The notes beneath the pieces were generated by a model, which did no database searches, was not told the DNA's origin, and saw only the letters and a program-made list of their open reading frames with translations. A program made the translations under genes and the position numbers. From the NCBI GenBank assembly GCA_001179505.1, contig CDMY01000220.1, positions 1-64,000 on the forward strand: a stretch of DNA of 64,000 bases. The letters run 5' to 3'. The DNA comes from Vitrella brassicaformis CCMP3155 (Eukaryota; Protista; Chromerida). This document shows positions 12,443-24,565 of the stretch, piece by piece; position 1 is the first letter of the stretch, and every line of letters begins with the position of its first letter.

Positions 12443-14151
12443 ATGCTGCTGAATGTCGGCGGAATGGTAATGGAGTTCCATCGTCATCAGCTGCTCCGCT
12501 GTGGTCTGCGGGGCACGTGCTTGGCTGTGCTGCTAAACCGCTTTCCCGGCTGGCTGCTCACGGACGCCGAGGGCGTTCACTTCGTCGATGCGGACCCCTT
12601 CTACTTCATCTGGTGAGCGGGAAAGGGCATGCAGTTGACATTCAGTGGTGGCCACTGCTCCATTTTGTGTGTGTGTGTGTGGTGTGTGTGTGTGTGTTGT
12701 CAGGTTTACCGTCATGCTCTACCTGGGGGACCGCATCGATGTGAGTGAGATCTGTGAGGGCTGCCCTTCTGCATTCCCCTTCTACCACGACCGCTTCTTC
12801 GCCAAGACGGACCTGAACACCGAGCCACAGACCGGCGACCACGAGGGTGACGCCTTCCGGCAGTTCATGGCTGAGATGGGCGCCTTCATCCACTCATCGG
12901 CGGGCGGGACGAGTGGGAGTGAGGTGCTGACCGCCCGTGTGGATGACCTGACTGTGGCCACAACCGACGCCACGCTGGACGACTTCGACACACTTCACGA
13001 ACGATTCAGCAAGTGAGAGAAGGGACACACAGGGGCAGACATCAGATGGATCCATGGTTATCGCTTTGGCTGCTTGTGGATGTATGTGTGTGTGTGTGTG
13101 TGTGCAGGTACCGAGGGCCGGTCGTAGACGTATCCGCAGACCACCTCCGCAAGTAATAATATGACGATCCTGACACACTGTCAGGGACACATCGATCCAT
13201 CTGTCTGTGGCGTGTCAGGATCGTCGATTACCTTCGTCGCATTCGCATCGCTTCCGACGCCGCCATCCCGCTCCCGACGAGCACTTCGCCTGGCGAGCTG
13301 CTGTATGCCTGTGAGATGTACGGCCTCATGGAGCAGGTGTACCTGTCGATGATCGGCAAATCGCACAGCCACATCCAATGCATCCTCAAGTGAGCCACAA
13401 GACCACACACACAGCACACGGGCCGGAGAGATAGGATAACGCCCCTTCTGAGTGTGTGTGTGTGTGTGTGTCAGGAGCTCCCATGACGACTGTGAGTTTC
13501 ACACATTGGTGCAGCGGGCGGAGGGTCTGCAAGGCGGCCTGCTGTTCGTCGTCGAGAGTGAGCGTGAGGCCCGCCGCCACCGCTTTGCCTGCCACATCGA
13601 CGGTCCCCTCATCGCCCCATCAGACCCCACAGCTGAGCTGTGCACCGGCTGCCCCGTCACCTTCTACTCCATCAGCGGCGCGTTCGAGGAGGCCGACGGC
13701 ATCGTCAAGATCGCCATACCCAACGACCAGCAGTGGATGACTGTTGCCGGCACACAGGGGACGGTCACGAACACCGACGGTGTGCTTCACTGCAAGGTGG
13801 CCATCGGTGGCGGTCGCCTGTGGCTGGGGTGTGCGAAGGATCGGCCGGCTGGCGACCTGCGCCGCTGCGCGCAGTGGGTCAAGAGGATCGAGCTGCCCGT
13901 CGGCAAGACGTATCGGGGCGGCTTCTTCCACGACAACGGATACGCCACTCTGGCGACCAGTTTTGGCTTCACATGTGCGGATATGGAGATCTACACTCTG
14001 CAGGTGAGAAGTCGGACAGGGGAAGGGCGAAGGGTCTGTGTGAACGCCTTGGATGACCTCGTGTTTCTGCTTCTGTGCCTGTGTTCAGCCTGATTGTGGC
14101 TGGGAGTGGCTGAGGGCTGTGGCGGACGTCTTGCTCTCGCCATCGACGTGA
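12443..14151 (+). CDS. BTB/POZ (KCTD-type) domain plus C-terminal TLDc-like domain protein
   Basis: MLLNVGG...GVHFVDADPFYFIW is a KCTD BTB pattern. A second BTB-like half follows (IVDYLRRIR...ELLYACEMYGL). The C-terminal domain runs from DCEFHTLVQRAEG...LLFVVE to FTCADMEIYTLQ (TLDc-like). Introns are phase-consistent; stop TGA at 14149-14151. The true start may lie in an upstream exon. Confidence 0.75.
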
Positions 14152-14598
14152 GAGCTGTCGAGAGGGCTTGGTGGGGATGTGCCAAGCTCATGACCTTTTT
14201 CGTGTGGCCGCGTGTGTGTATTTATCTCTCTGCTGCTGCCGTGTGGGGAGAGGTCTGTCTATCGCAAAAGGCATGTATACGTGTTTGCCTGTGCCACCGC
14301 TTTTGTCTCGGTCTATCCACCCTCTTGCTGCGTCCATCATCAGTCGTATGGCACGTGTGCACGTCCTTTCCCCTGTTTGCCTAGCCTGGTACATGACGTA
14401 TTGGTGGGTGGATCTCGGTGTCTCTCTACCTCCGCGTGTGTATATATGTGCTCTTTATCCACCTCCTTCCCTGTCTGTCTGTCTGTCTGTCTGTCTGTCC
14501 TGCGCTCGCCTCGCACCCGTCACCTACGCAGATGGCCAAACCCCTCTGACAGTCAGACAGCACAGCCAAGCCAATACTGCACAGATATTTCCATCATC

Positions 14599-14997
14599 AA
14601 ACAACGCGTGCGGTAAGACAAAACGTTCGATCACGATCTTATGAAAGAGAAGAGGAAAAAAGTCAGCAGTGATGTGTTGCTTGCAGTACTACAGACATGT
14701 TAATATGTCGAGAAGCTTCGTGTTTTTTTGTCACGTTTGGATCAGTGACCATTAAACTGATGTACCCTAAAGCGGCAAGTCCGCGAATTGGGCTAGTGCC
14801 CGATTTGCGTCTTTAAGAAACAACACGTCCGGTCAGACAAAACGTTCGATCGCGATCGTATGGAAGAAAAAAGGGAAACCGGTAGCGGTGGTGTGTTGCT
14901 CGCACTACTACAGACACGCCAATATGTCGAACAGCTTCATGTTTTTGTCACGTTTGGATCAGTGACCGTCAAACGGATATGCCCTAAAGCGGCAAGT
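14599..14997. repeat. Two diverged direct repeats of about 180 bp (14599-14780 and 14818-14997)
   Basis: Shared blocks AGACAAAACGTTCGATC, TACTACAGAC, TTTTTGTCACGTTTGGATCAGTGACC and CCCTAAAGCGGCAAGT; period about 219 bp. Confidence 0.9.
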
Positions 14998-15199
14998 TAT
15001 TGGAAAAGCCTTGGCTGTCAGGACGTCTAGGGTGCTACATGAAACCGCTGATGCTTGAACAAGGGCATCTCTGGGCGCGAACTTCTTAAAAAAGCAAGAT
15101 CCGTAACGGAAGAAGCATCAACTGACTGAACACACGAACGCGCCAGTTTGTGGTGGATGGGATGTTTCTCCTTTGTCCGTTCATGCAGCTGGTTGAGCT

Positions 15200-15760
15200 T
15201 GGTCCTTCTTGGGTGCCTTTTCGCAGGTCCCTCAGTGCCGCATCAACTTTGTCGAGCTTCTGGCGGTTAACGAAAGAGATCTCGCTGACTATCGTGCAGT
15301 GGACTTGGTAGTGGATATGCTTGCAAGACTCCTCTCTGCAAATGCGGTCAGCATCGACTGTCTGCTGCTTCCCGCTTGGCGCCGCAGCCTCTTCTCGCCA
15401 CTCTCGAAGTCATCGAAGAGGTGCAGGAGGGAATCGACTGTCGAGCCTTCGGTGTTATCTACAGCCACACCGGTAAGTGCCTGTACTAAGCCTTCACAGC
15501 TTTCATGACGGTCTTGCCGGTGCCGCCCTCGCCGGTCAGGCACATGAGCAATGGCGCGATGTATTTGTTGTCCCGCAGGTCTTTGTAGTGGTTCAGCAAG
15601 TGGCTGCAGATGATTGGAACGCCCGCATCTGCTCTTCGTTCAATCGGTAACGGCTCGCCCACTGGACAGAGAAGGTCCTGTCGTCGACCGTCTCAGGCGG
15701 CTTGAATGCGGATGCCGGCTGCGCCAGCAGTCGAGTGAGGCTGGCAGCATCTATCGAGTG
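15200..15760 (-). mobile_element. Degenerate Helitron-like PIF1/RecD helicase fragment
   Basis: Minus-strand translation gives YRLNEEQMRAFQ, then a frameshift to IICSHLL...PLLMCLTGEGGTGKT (Walker A, 15510-15533), a stop, ALTGVAVDNTEGSTVDSLL (motif Ia) and IVSEISFVNRQKLDKVDAALRDL (degenerate Walker B, normally DEISFV). No introns; frameshifts and stops are present. Confidence 0.8.
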
Positions 15761-16402
15761 ACCACCGTGTGTGAAGAGATTCGACTCGAAGAGAAGCTAC
15801 TCAGGGGGCTTGCTTCATCTGACGTGGCGCGGCTGTGGCCGATTTCATTTACCTTGTTGCGTTGCTGGTGCAAGTCATCGTTGGGCTGACCCTGGCGGCT
15901 CCCATTTGATTGACAAGCCGATTGACAGTCATCGAAGGCAGTCTTCAATAGCCCCTTCAACAGGCGCGCTAGATTGATACATGTCTATGAATGAATGGCG
16001 CTGTCTGAGTAAATGTGGGGGCGGTGAGCGTCATTCTCACACTCATTCATGTCATGATTGATGTTCCATAGCGGTCACGACGCTGGTCATTGACGGACCT
16101 CCACTTTTGATGACGATGACAACAGGGAGGGCATTGATGATAGCTCGTCATATCATCCGCCCGCCCTGTCACCTTCGCAGCCAAAAGTATGGATGTCCAC
16201 CAGTCACCACCACCAGCGGAGGCATGCATAACGGCACACTCGTCTCCTCATTCACATCCATCCATCCATCCACACTATACACACAGCCCCCACGAGCCCT
16301 TCTCTCTTGCTGTCTCCTCTCCTTTGCCCATCAGTCATGTCTGTACACACACACACACACCAGCCCCCAGCTCTTCGTCTGCCCCTTCACTGACTCCCTC
16401 GT

Positions 16403-16976
16403 TCATCGTTGATCGGTCATGTTTGCATGATCTCGCTTCCCATCGAACACCGGCACGGCCCTCGCATCCTTAGCCGACACCCCCTGCAGCAGCACGGCTG
16501 GCGACCTTCGCGTCACCTGGCTGAAGAGGCCCCGCGTGTGTCTGTTGCCAATGGGTGAGAGGAGGCAGTCGGTCAGCAAGAAGGTCCACACGCCGTCGAG
16601 CGCCTTGTAGCCCCACACCCTGCCCTGGACGAACAGCCATGACAGCAAAGCGCAGCCATCAAGCCATCCATCCATCTGGGGTCCCCTCCTCACTGCTCAC
16701 CGTGAGAGTGTACTTGAGGCGTCTGTCCACGGAACGGAAAGCAATCTCGGCGGCCTGAGGAAGCAAACGACACTCGTGAGGCAAGTGCGTCGCGCTGGTG
16801 TGTGTCTGCCTGCCGACCTCATCGAACTGTGGCAGTATTCTGTTCATGAGTTTCTTGACGTCGAGGTGCGGGTATTCGGTGGAGAGCTCGTAGAGCACCT
16901 GCATGAGCGCACTGCCGAGGGCCGTGTGGCGGTACACCGACCTGCAAGAGGTGCGCTCGCGGTCATCCAAGTACAT
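16403..16976 (-). CDS. TOA2: Transcription initiation factor IIA gamma (small) subunit
   Basis: Exons 16976-16818, 16754-16701 and 16624 to about 16403 give YRHTALGSALMQVLYEL...ILPQFDEAAEIAF...GRVWGYKALDGVWTFLLTDC. This matches the TFIIA-gamma pattern YRxTxLG...L.QFD.A...Y...D.VWTF.L. The exact C-terminus is uncertain. Confidence 0.85.
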
Positions 16977-17262
16977 CGGTAGGCAGTGACCCAGAGCAAG
17001 ATCTCAGGTATTCATATTCATATCTCATTCATCTTATCTCAGCGCCTTTTCTCCTCCCGCCATATAAGCTCGCGACCCGTTTTACGAAGAACGTTCGTCT
17101 CTATCCCACAACCCCCAGTTCCGCCTGGCGCTCTCTCTCGCCGAGTGTGTCTTTTCAAGGCTTAGCAGGCGTCACGTGCTCAGCTACGACACCTTCGCAG
17201 CGAGAAAGTAACAATAGCAATCGTTCATCCTGTTGATCTTTCGTCTGTGTGTGGAGGATAGG
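16977..17262. promoter_or_regulatory. Probable bidirectional promoter, TFIIA-gamma / RAP
   Basis: 286 bp between divergent ATGs, free of microsatellites; contains AAGCTCGC (17066-17073) and GCTTAGCAGG. Confidence 0.6.
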
Positions 17263-19736
17263 ATGGCGAGCACCTCCCCAGCAACCCGGGATCTTCGTCG
17301 CATCCAGTGCTGCCTCAGGACACACCATGCCGCGTCGCCACTTGCCCAGCCCGCCAGCCCTCCGAATTATAAGGAAGCTCAGCCGACCCGCACAGCTGGC
17401 GGCAGACGAAAAACAGTCGAATGGTCCTGCCCATGGGATGCGTCTGAGCGGCTGTCGGCGTGGCGCAGCCGGGTCCATGAATGCATGAGGAGCGACCCCT
17501 CTTACCGGTCTTGTGAGGACTTTGTGGCGGGGCACTTCTTCGAGCTGTCGCCGAGCGAGGTCGTAGAGGTGTTCCGGCGGTTCGTCGAGAGCGACACAGA
17601 GTTTCTGCCTCTGGTGCTGCTGTGGCGGGTTAAGAGGATCCTCCCGCACCTCACCGGGACGGAGCTGATGCGACTCGTCGAGGCGGCGGTGCGGCTCCCT
17701 TACAGAGAGCACGACAGCAAGAGTAAGCAGACAGGCAGACAGACAGACAGACAGACAGACAACCAATGCGCACCTACATGGCATGGACCTCTTGATGCTC
17801 GTGTGTGTCTGTTTTGTGGTGTAGGTGAGGACATCTTCACGATGGTCATCCCCTTCCTAATCCCCCGGCTGCCGTCGCTCGCTCTGTGGGAGCTCAACAC
17901 GGTGGCCTGGGCGTACGGGAGGGTGCGTGTGAGGCATCTGCCGCTCTTCCAGGGCATCAGCGAGGCCATACTCCTGGCGCTGCAGAGGGAGGGCACCGTC
18001 ATGCGCTCTGAGGGGGCGGTGCTCAAATTCTTCACTGCATGCGGTGCGGTGGGCGAGCCAGACAGATACACAGAAATTAAACGCCACATCCATCCATCCA
18101 TCAATCTCTCTCAATAAATTTGTTGGGTGTGTGTCTGCAGGTCAGCTGCACATGCGGCTTGTGCGTGAGATGGACCGGCTGCTGACCCTGCTCATGGGCC
18201 CCCTGCAGCGGTCTCAATCCTTCACCGCCACCTCATTCTTCGCTCAGTTCTGCACCAAAATGGACTTCGAGAACCATCCATTCTTCCTCGCAGCACTCGA
18301 CAAACTCACAGGTGCGTGGGCGGGCGGCAGACAACGGAATGAAGCAATGTCAATCAATGCCGGGAACGTGTGTGTGTCCGTGTGGGGGGCCACAGACTTC
18401 CCCTCTCTCGCCGAGCATTGTCCGGTGCTCAGCATCCAGCAGGTGGCCTTCGGACAGATTCTCATGCCCCTCACGTTTCGCCCCCACATCCACTCGCAGC
18501 TCAAGGACAGACTGCTCGCCTCGCTGCTCGAGCACCTTGCTGTGACCTTCCCTCTCGAGCGGCCGCTCACCCACACCGAGCTGGAAGAGAAGAAGCCGCC
18601 CGCTGATCGGCTGTCGCCTCACCTGCTGCGGCAGCTGCAGACTGTCGAGATGGCTGTGAGGCTGGAGAGGCCTTTTGTGATGGCCAAACTGTCACAGGTG
18701 CTATAGGCGGGCAGAAGCCGACACGCCCGCGTCTTGGCTGGCTGCACCCATTACATGGGTCTTCGTGTGTGCGTGTTTTGTGTACCAACCGTTTTGGTTG
18801 CAGAGTGCGCGTCAGTATCTGCTGATGATTCAGCAGGTGGGCCGACCCGACACAAATCACATGTCTTGTCTGTCCGCCACGTGGTGTGATTGATGTGTGA
18901 CAGAGTGCGGTCGAGAAGCTGGAGCTGACGCGGGTCAGCTCCAAGCAGCACTACCAGGTGAATAATGAGTGAATAAGACATACAAGCTGGAGGGTCTCCT
19001 GGGCATGGCATGCACCTCTTTTGCTCTTTGTGACTGTCTGTCTGTCTGTGTGTGTAGGTCGAGTTGGCTCTGAAGGATCTTGAGCTGCCATACGCCATGG
19101 AGGTGCTCCACACGCCGTACGAAATCGGTAAATAAGCAAACAAACGAACCGAATGGATGCTCATCTCATTCACCATGCAAGTGCCAATGTGGGGTTGGGT
19201 TGAGCTGCGCTGCCCCCTGTGTGTTTTTCTTTCCTGGCGCATCGCATCAATCAGATGTGGTGTTGCGGGGCAAGCTGGGTTACAAGATGATCGAAGTCGA
19301 CGGCCCTCTGCACTTTGTCAACGACACGCACGCTTACCACATCAAGACACAGCTCAAACACAGGCTCCTGGCCAAACTGGGTCAGAGAGGGAGGGAGTCA
19401 CCGAACGTAGTGAACGAATGTGCTGTGGGCAGACAGGTCAGCTGCTGTCGTGCGTCTGTGTGTGTGTGTGTGTCTATGCAGGCTGGCAGGTGTACCACAT
19501 AGCATGGGACGACTGGCCGGACAGAACGCACAACCGGTAGCCATATCCTCACAGGCGCAGACGAGAGCAGAGTCCACACAGAGTGCTGCTGGTTGTGTGA
19601 TGCTTGCTGGTGTGTCGTGATGTGCAGGCAGGAGGCGCTTCGTCGTCTCTTGTTTGGCAGCTCCCCGCCGCCCGCCGAGCTGTCCTACTACACGCCGCTC
19701 TTTGTTGACCTGAGGGAGGCAGAACTGCCGGCATAG
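17263..19736 (+). CDS. RAP-domain protein with helical repeats (likely organellar RNA-binding)
   Basis: Spliced C-terminus MIEVDGPLHFVNDTHAYHIKTQLKHRLLAKL-GWQVYHIAWDDW is a typical RAP motif. The upstream region is helical (LWELNTVAWAYGRVRVRHLPLFQGI). Stop TAG at 19734-19736. Confidence 0.9.
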
Positions 19737-20524
19737 CTATGCATAGCCATGTAGATGGAGAGGGCGTGGCAGCCGAGGGGATGTGTGGATCTAGCTAGCT
19801 GTGAATATTGAAGAGAGAGAGCGCCCCGTCTGGCTGCCTGGCCTGTGGTGGTCTGGCTATGCAGCCGACTTTCCAGCCGGTGCGACGGAGGAGACAGGCC
19901 TTCTGCGGCTTGATCATGGCGTCGCTCGCTGGCGTCATGTCTCGACCCGGTGTGCGCAAGGCATCCGCTTTGCTGTGGCACCATCGTGTGTCGAGCGCTG
20001 TGCGGCGGCTCTTCAAGACGTAGCTGGCGGCGCTCAGCCTGCCCGGCGCACCAAACACCATCACCATGGATGGCTGGATCATCACCGTCGCCAGACGCAC
20101 ATGAACAATTCGCACACCTACTGGTGACGGAGGGGGGGGAGGGAGGGAGGGAAGGAGGGAGACAGAAAGGGGACCAGCAGCCCATTCTGCGTTTGCGTGT
20201 GTGTGTTGTTCGGTAGCCGGAGATACATACCGACAGGTCGGCTGTAGGAGCATTGGTTGCTCTGCGGGCAGGGCGGAGGGACACTGACTGTTGGATGGAT
20301 GAGTGTCTTATGTCCCTGTTGAGCGAATCCTTCAGCCCGCCATTTTCGGCACGTTTTGGGAAATTTGCTGCATGAGGCACTTCGAGTGAGTGTAGAGGGC
20401 ACGGAAATGAAATGTCCGACCCAAACAGATGCACAATTGAGGTGGACACATTAATTGTCACACGCGAAGACGCAGTCAACAGCCAGCACGACCATCCATA
20501 TCCATCGCAGCCCCGCAACCATTC

Positions 20525-23500
20525 TCACACCGTCTCTTGGGTGTCTTGCTGCCGCTTCGGCCTTTTCCGTTTCTTCTTTTTGACCTGCACATTGACACAT
20601 GGATTGGATTGACACAGACACGAGAGAGCGTCGAAAAAAGTCGGGCATGCAGCGATGGGCAGCTTTCTTGGCGTCATGCACTGCACTGGTGCACCGACCT
20701 TGTCTTCTTTGATGCCATATGCTTCCAGCCGAGACCGCGTGACGCCTGATCGAGGGAGGCATGCCCACAGACACACAGATACAGAAAGGTTCTCACACAC
20801 GACAGGCGCATGTACAGGAGCGTTGAGCACCTTTCGACGTCATTTCGTTGTCCATCTTGCCAGCCTCCTGTGGCCTCTCCTCTCCCTGCTTGCGCTTCTT
20901 CTTGTGGTGAGGCGGGCCGGCGGTTGGCGGCCTGGAGGAGTGTTTGGCAGGCGCGTCTCTGCCATGCTGCTGCTGCTGCTGACGAGGTTTGCGGGAGCTG
21001 CCTTGGAACCACCGATTCTTGCCCTGATCAACGGATCGAGGTACAGATGACAGACAGGTGCATCTGGTGGTGAGGCATGGCTGTTGTAGTGTGTGGCCGC
21101 GTACCTGTCGTTGTCGGTCTGCTGGGAGGTCGTGCCTGTAGGTGGCCAGCTTCTTCAGCGAGACCACCTGGTTGAGCTCCTTATCGTCCCTGAAATACAC
21201 ACACAGGTACTCTCTTTGTCAGTCTTCTCGTCGTGTTTCTGGCCTACTTGTAGAGTATGTCGCGAACCGTCAGGCCGTGGCTCTCCGGATGGACCTGCGA
21301 GTAGTATGACACAATGACAAGAGTGGGCCAGGCTGCATTCGTCGCGTAGCTTCTCACCTTCTCGTACTTGAACCGCGTTGGCAAGTCGCCGCCTGAGTAC
21401 AACGGTTGCACACATACAACAAGGCCATCCATCACACCACCACATGAGAGAGAGATCTTGGCAATGACGCGATGTGCGCACCGATGATGTCCTCATAGTC
21501 GAGCTGGAAATACTCATCCATGACATCGTCCATCGCACCCTGCAGCGCAGTGCAGTGCAGACACCCACACAATCAGACAGACACATGTCTGCCCGCTTGT
21601 TTGTCGCTTCTGCCGGCCGACCTTGACGGCAGCTGGGACCCTTTCGACGCCCTTCATGTCGGCGGGCGGGTGGCACTTCTGCGGCACCTTGCGGCGCACC
21701 AGCTGGTGGGGATGACGGACGTTGCTGAAAACACCCACACGCACATGTGGCGAGCCATAGGTCATTGCACTGTGATCGAATGCACCGCCGCACACGCACA
21801 CACACGTACGCAGATACATACCGGAAGCAGACTTTGCAGAGGGTGAAGTTGTCGCACGTCAGACAGTCAAACCTGAGCGAGCAACACGATAGGATAGACA
21901 TACGGATGGATGGATGGATGTATCCACAGGCACTCCCTCTCTCGCCCATACGGTAACCTTTTCTGCCCGGCCGGTATGCCCTTGCCGCACTGGTCGCACA
22001 TCCACCACTCACCGACCTCCTCCTCGCCCTGCTGCTCCTCGGCATCGCCATCGCCAATGGGAGCCTCGCCCTGATCCTCGCCCTCACCTTCTCCCTCGCC
22101 CTCCCATTCCTGCGCCTCATCCTCGTGTCCATCGGCTGCATCAGCTGTGTTGTCATGTGGGTCACGCTTCCGTTTGCGGCCCTTGGTGGCGTCGCTGTTG
22201 CCGAGAAGGTCGTCAAAGCCACTGGGGGGCTGGACTGAGGAAGCGACCAACAAGGAGAGGGATGCATGGATGGATGGATGGATGTGTTGCTGCTGACTGT
22301 CTGTCTGTCTGCTGCTTACGGAGCTGTTTGTCAGGGACCTCTTCTTGACGGTCGTCGTAATCGTCACCAAAGAGGGCCTGATGGTGCACGCACGGAATGC
22401 AGATAAGGGCAGCAGCGATCTGTCCCTGCTGATGTCTGGTTCGTTAGTTACCCATTCACCGATCCACCGACCTTCATGGTGGCTTCGTGTTGCGCCTCGT
22501 CCCAGTCGCTCTCCAAATCAATGCCCGACACATCTGAATGAACACCGCACACCAGATGTCCACACCATATCATGATTCTCGTCTAGGGGAGCTGTCTGTC
22601 TGTCTGTCTGTCCGTCCGTCCGTCGGTACCAGCGTCTTTGTTGCCGGTGATTTGTGTGATTTGTCTGAGTCTCTCCTGGATCTCCTGCTTCTTGAGGTTC
22701 TTGAGGCGCTTCAACTCCTCGTCACGACGAACCTGACAGACACCACACAGACACCAAGCGGATTCATTCCTTCATGGGTGCAGCCAGCTGTGTGCTTGGG
22801 TGTGTGCTGACGGACCTTTTCTTCTTGCTTCCTCTGTTTCTTCTGTGCCCTCTGTTGTTTCCGCTTGTCGTCTCTCCGTCGGACGGACGCCTCGGGGAAG
22901 CGCGGGTGGCTCTCTATCTGCCCCCCGCCCTCCTCCTCGTACCTGCACACAGACAAGCAGACAGACAAGCAGCCAGGCAGTTAGTGGGATGTGGGTGGGT
23001 GCGTCCGTGTGTGTACCTGAAGTTGTATTTCCTCTCGAAATCGTCGACATCCTCCAGGTGCTCCTCCTCGGCATCCTCGTCATCGCCACTAGGGACACAC
23101 AGGCACCAACCCCCCCCCCCACACAAGGCTCATATGATAGATATCGTGCCCCCTCGACCCAGCTAAGCATACATACCGCCTCCCTGTGCTTACTCTTTCG
23201 CCTGCGGCATCCTATTGCCCTCCAGCCAGCTGATGACGACAACACAGCGTGCCAGTCATTTGTGCGCCGAAACACACATGTGTGTGTGCGTGCGCATGAC
23301 TAACCCCCTGTTGAGAATGTAGTCTCGCAGGAAGACCTCGTTTGAATCCAACTCCTCGTCAGGCGCTGAACACACACCACACACCACACACCACACACTG
23401 AATGACTCCTCGCATGAAGGCCCCGCCCCGCCCCACCCTGCACCCACCCACCCCAGTAGTGGCTGAGGCTTTGCATCTCATCCTTCGGTCCCTTCCTCGA

Positions 23501-24169
23501 CTCCCGCGACAGAAACCTCTCGTAGTCCCGCTCCTCCTCCGCCTTGTCGGCCGCGCTCTTCTCCTTGAGCTCAAACAAATCACCCTCCTCAGAGCCGCTC
23601 GCATCGTCGTTGTCATCCTGCTGCTTGGTGGCAGCGTCGAGGAAGGCCTTCTTGAGCTCGTGCTGCTCCTCCACGTAACTCCTCTCGTTGGTGGCCGCTT
23701 CCGTGTGTCGGCTGTCGATCTGCTCCTCCTCGTGGGTGAACGCCTCTGCGCCGCCCTCCTCGAGCGTCTTGCGCACCAGGTCCTTGTACGTCAGCGGCTT
23801 GGCCTTCTTGTCGGCTGCTGCCGATGCATCCTGCTCGTCCTGCTGGAAGTCCTCCTCGCTGAAGAAGGTGTGTTTGGCGTCATAGATGGCGGGATCCTTG
23901 CGCTTGATGCGCTCGAGTGTGTCGAATATCTTGCCCTCGAGCTTGTCTGTCAGCAGCTCGGCGTCCTCGTCCTCCTCCTCAGAGGTGTCATCTTCCTCGT
24001 CCTGCTGCTCGAGCAGCTTCCGCGCCTTGCTGAGCTCCTCCCGCCGCTTGCGAACCTCGTACTGCTCGGCGTACCGCTCGTTGATCCGAAGACCGTCGGA
24101 CGGGTCAGTGGCGCCGTCCGCGTCGCCCAGGATGTCATGCCGGGGCTGTTTCTTCTTGGGACGAGGCAT
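20525..24169 (-). CDS. KRI1: KRI1 (40S ribosome biogenesis factor) with an internal ZZ-type zinc finger
   Basis: N-terminal LRINERYAEQYEVRKRREEL, TLERIKRKDPAIYD and PLTYKD; central FLRDYILNR and FERKYNFRYEE...SVRR; Kri1_C motif DEYFQLDYEDIIGGDLPTRFKY...DDKELNQVVSLKKLATYR; terminal SRLEAYG. Stop at 20525. Confidence 0.92.
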
Positions 24170-24565
24170 GCCGATGAATCGGAATCGGAACAGCTGAGCT
24201 GAAATCGCAACAGCGGGGTTATGAAGATCTTGCAGATCCGCATGCTGTACCACACATCCCTGACCTTCTTAGCTTCTCCTTTCTCTTCTTCTTCTCTCCC
24301 TTCCCCGCGAGCTTAGCAGGTGCTTGTTCCGTGAAACCGCTCTACTCAAGCTCTGGTCTCCGTCAAGCTGCCTTTTGCAGATCTTGCCTGCGTCCTGAAT
24401 GCCGCTGCGGATGTAGAGGAACAGATCCGTGCAAGCAGGGCACCCAGCGCGTGAAACCCTCGATTGTCTTTCGGTGTTCCTTCGGATACAATTGATTGAC
24501 CTTAGCTGTCACTGAACTGACAAGCAGCCGGTTCTTGATTGAGAAAGATTTTGAGACCTCCAAAG
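24170..24565. promoter_or_regulatory. Probable bidirectional promoter, KRI1 / Rieske oxygenase
   Basis: 396 bp between divergent ATGs; contains GCGAGCTT (24307-24314), GCTTAGCAGG and CGTGAAAC twice (24330, 24450). Confidence 0.6.

Noticed and set aside
14599-14997. Tandem C/D-box snoRNA or other ncRNA genes
   Set aside because: The C-box-like GTGATG and D-box CTGA in copy 1 are not retained in copy 2 (GTGGTG, CGGA). No tRNA or snRNA signature.
19795-20450. Gene between the RAP and KRI1 3' ends
   Set aside because: Overlapping ORFs on both strands, none with a recognisable motif or consistent splice chain. More likely UTR or intergenic.
23402-24202. 266-aa plus-strand hydrophobic ORF opposite KRI1
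   Set aside because: Antisense shadow of the Glu/Lys/Asp-rich KRI1 exon; its Leu/Val richness follows from the complementary codons.
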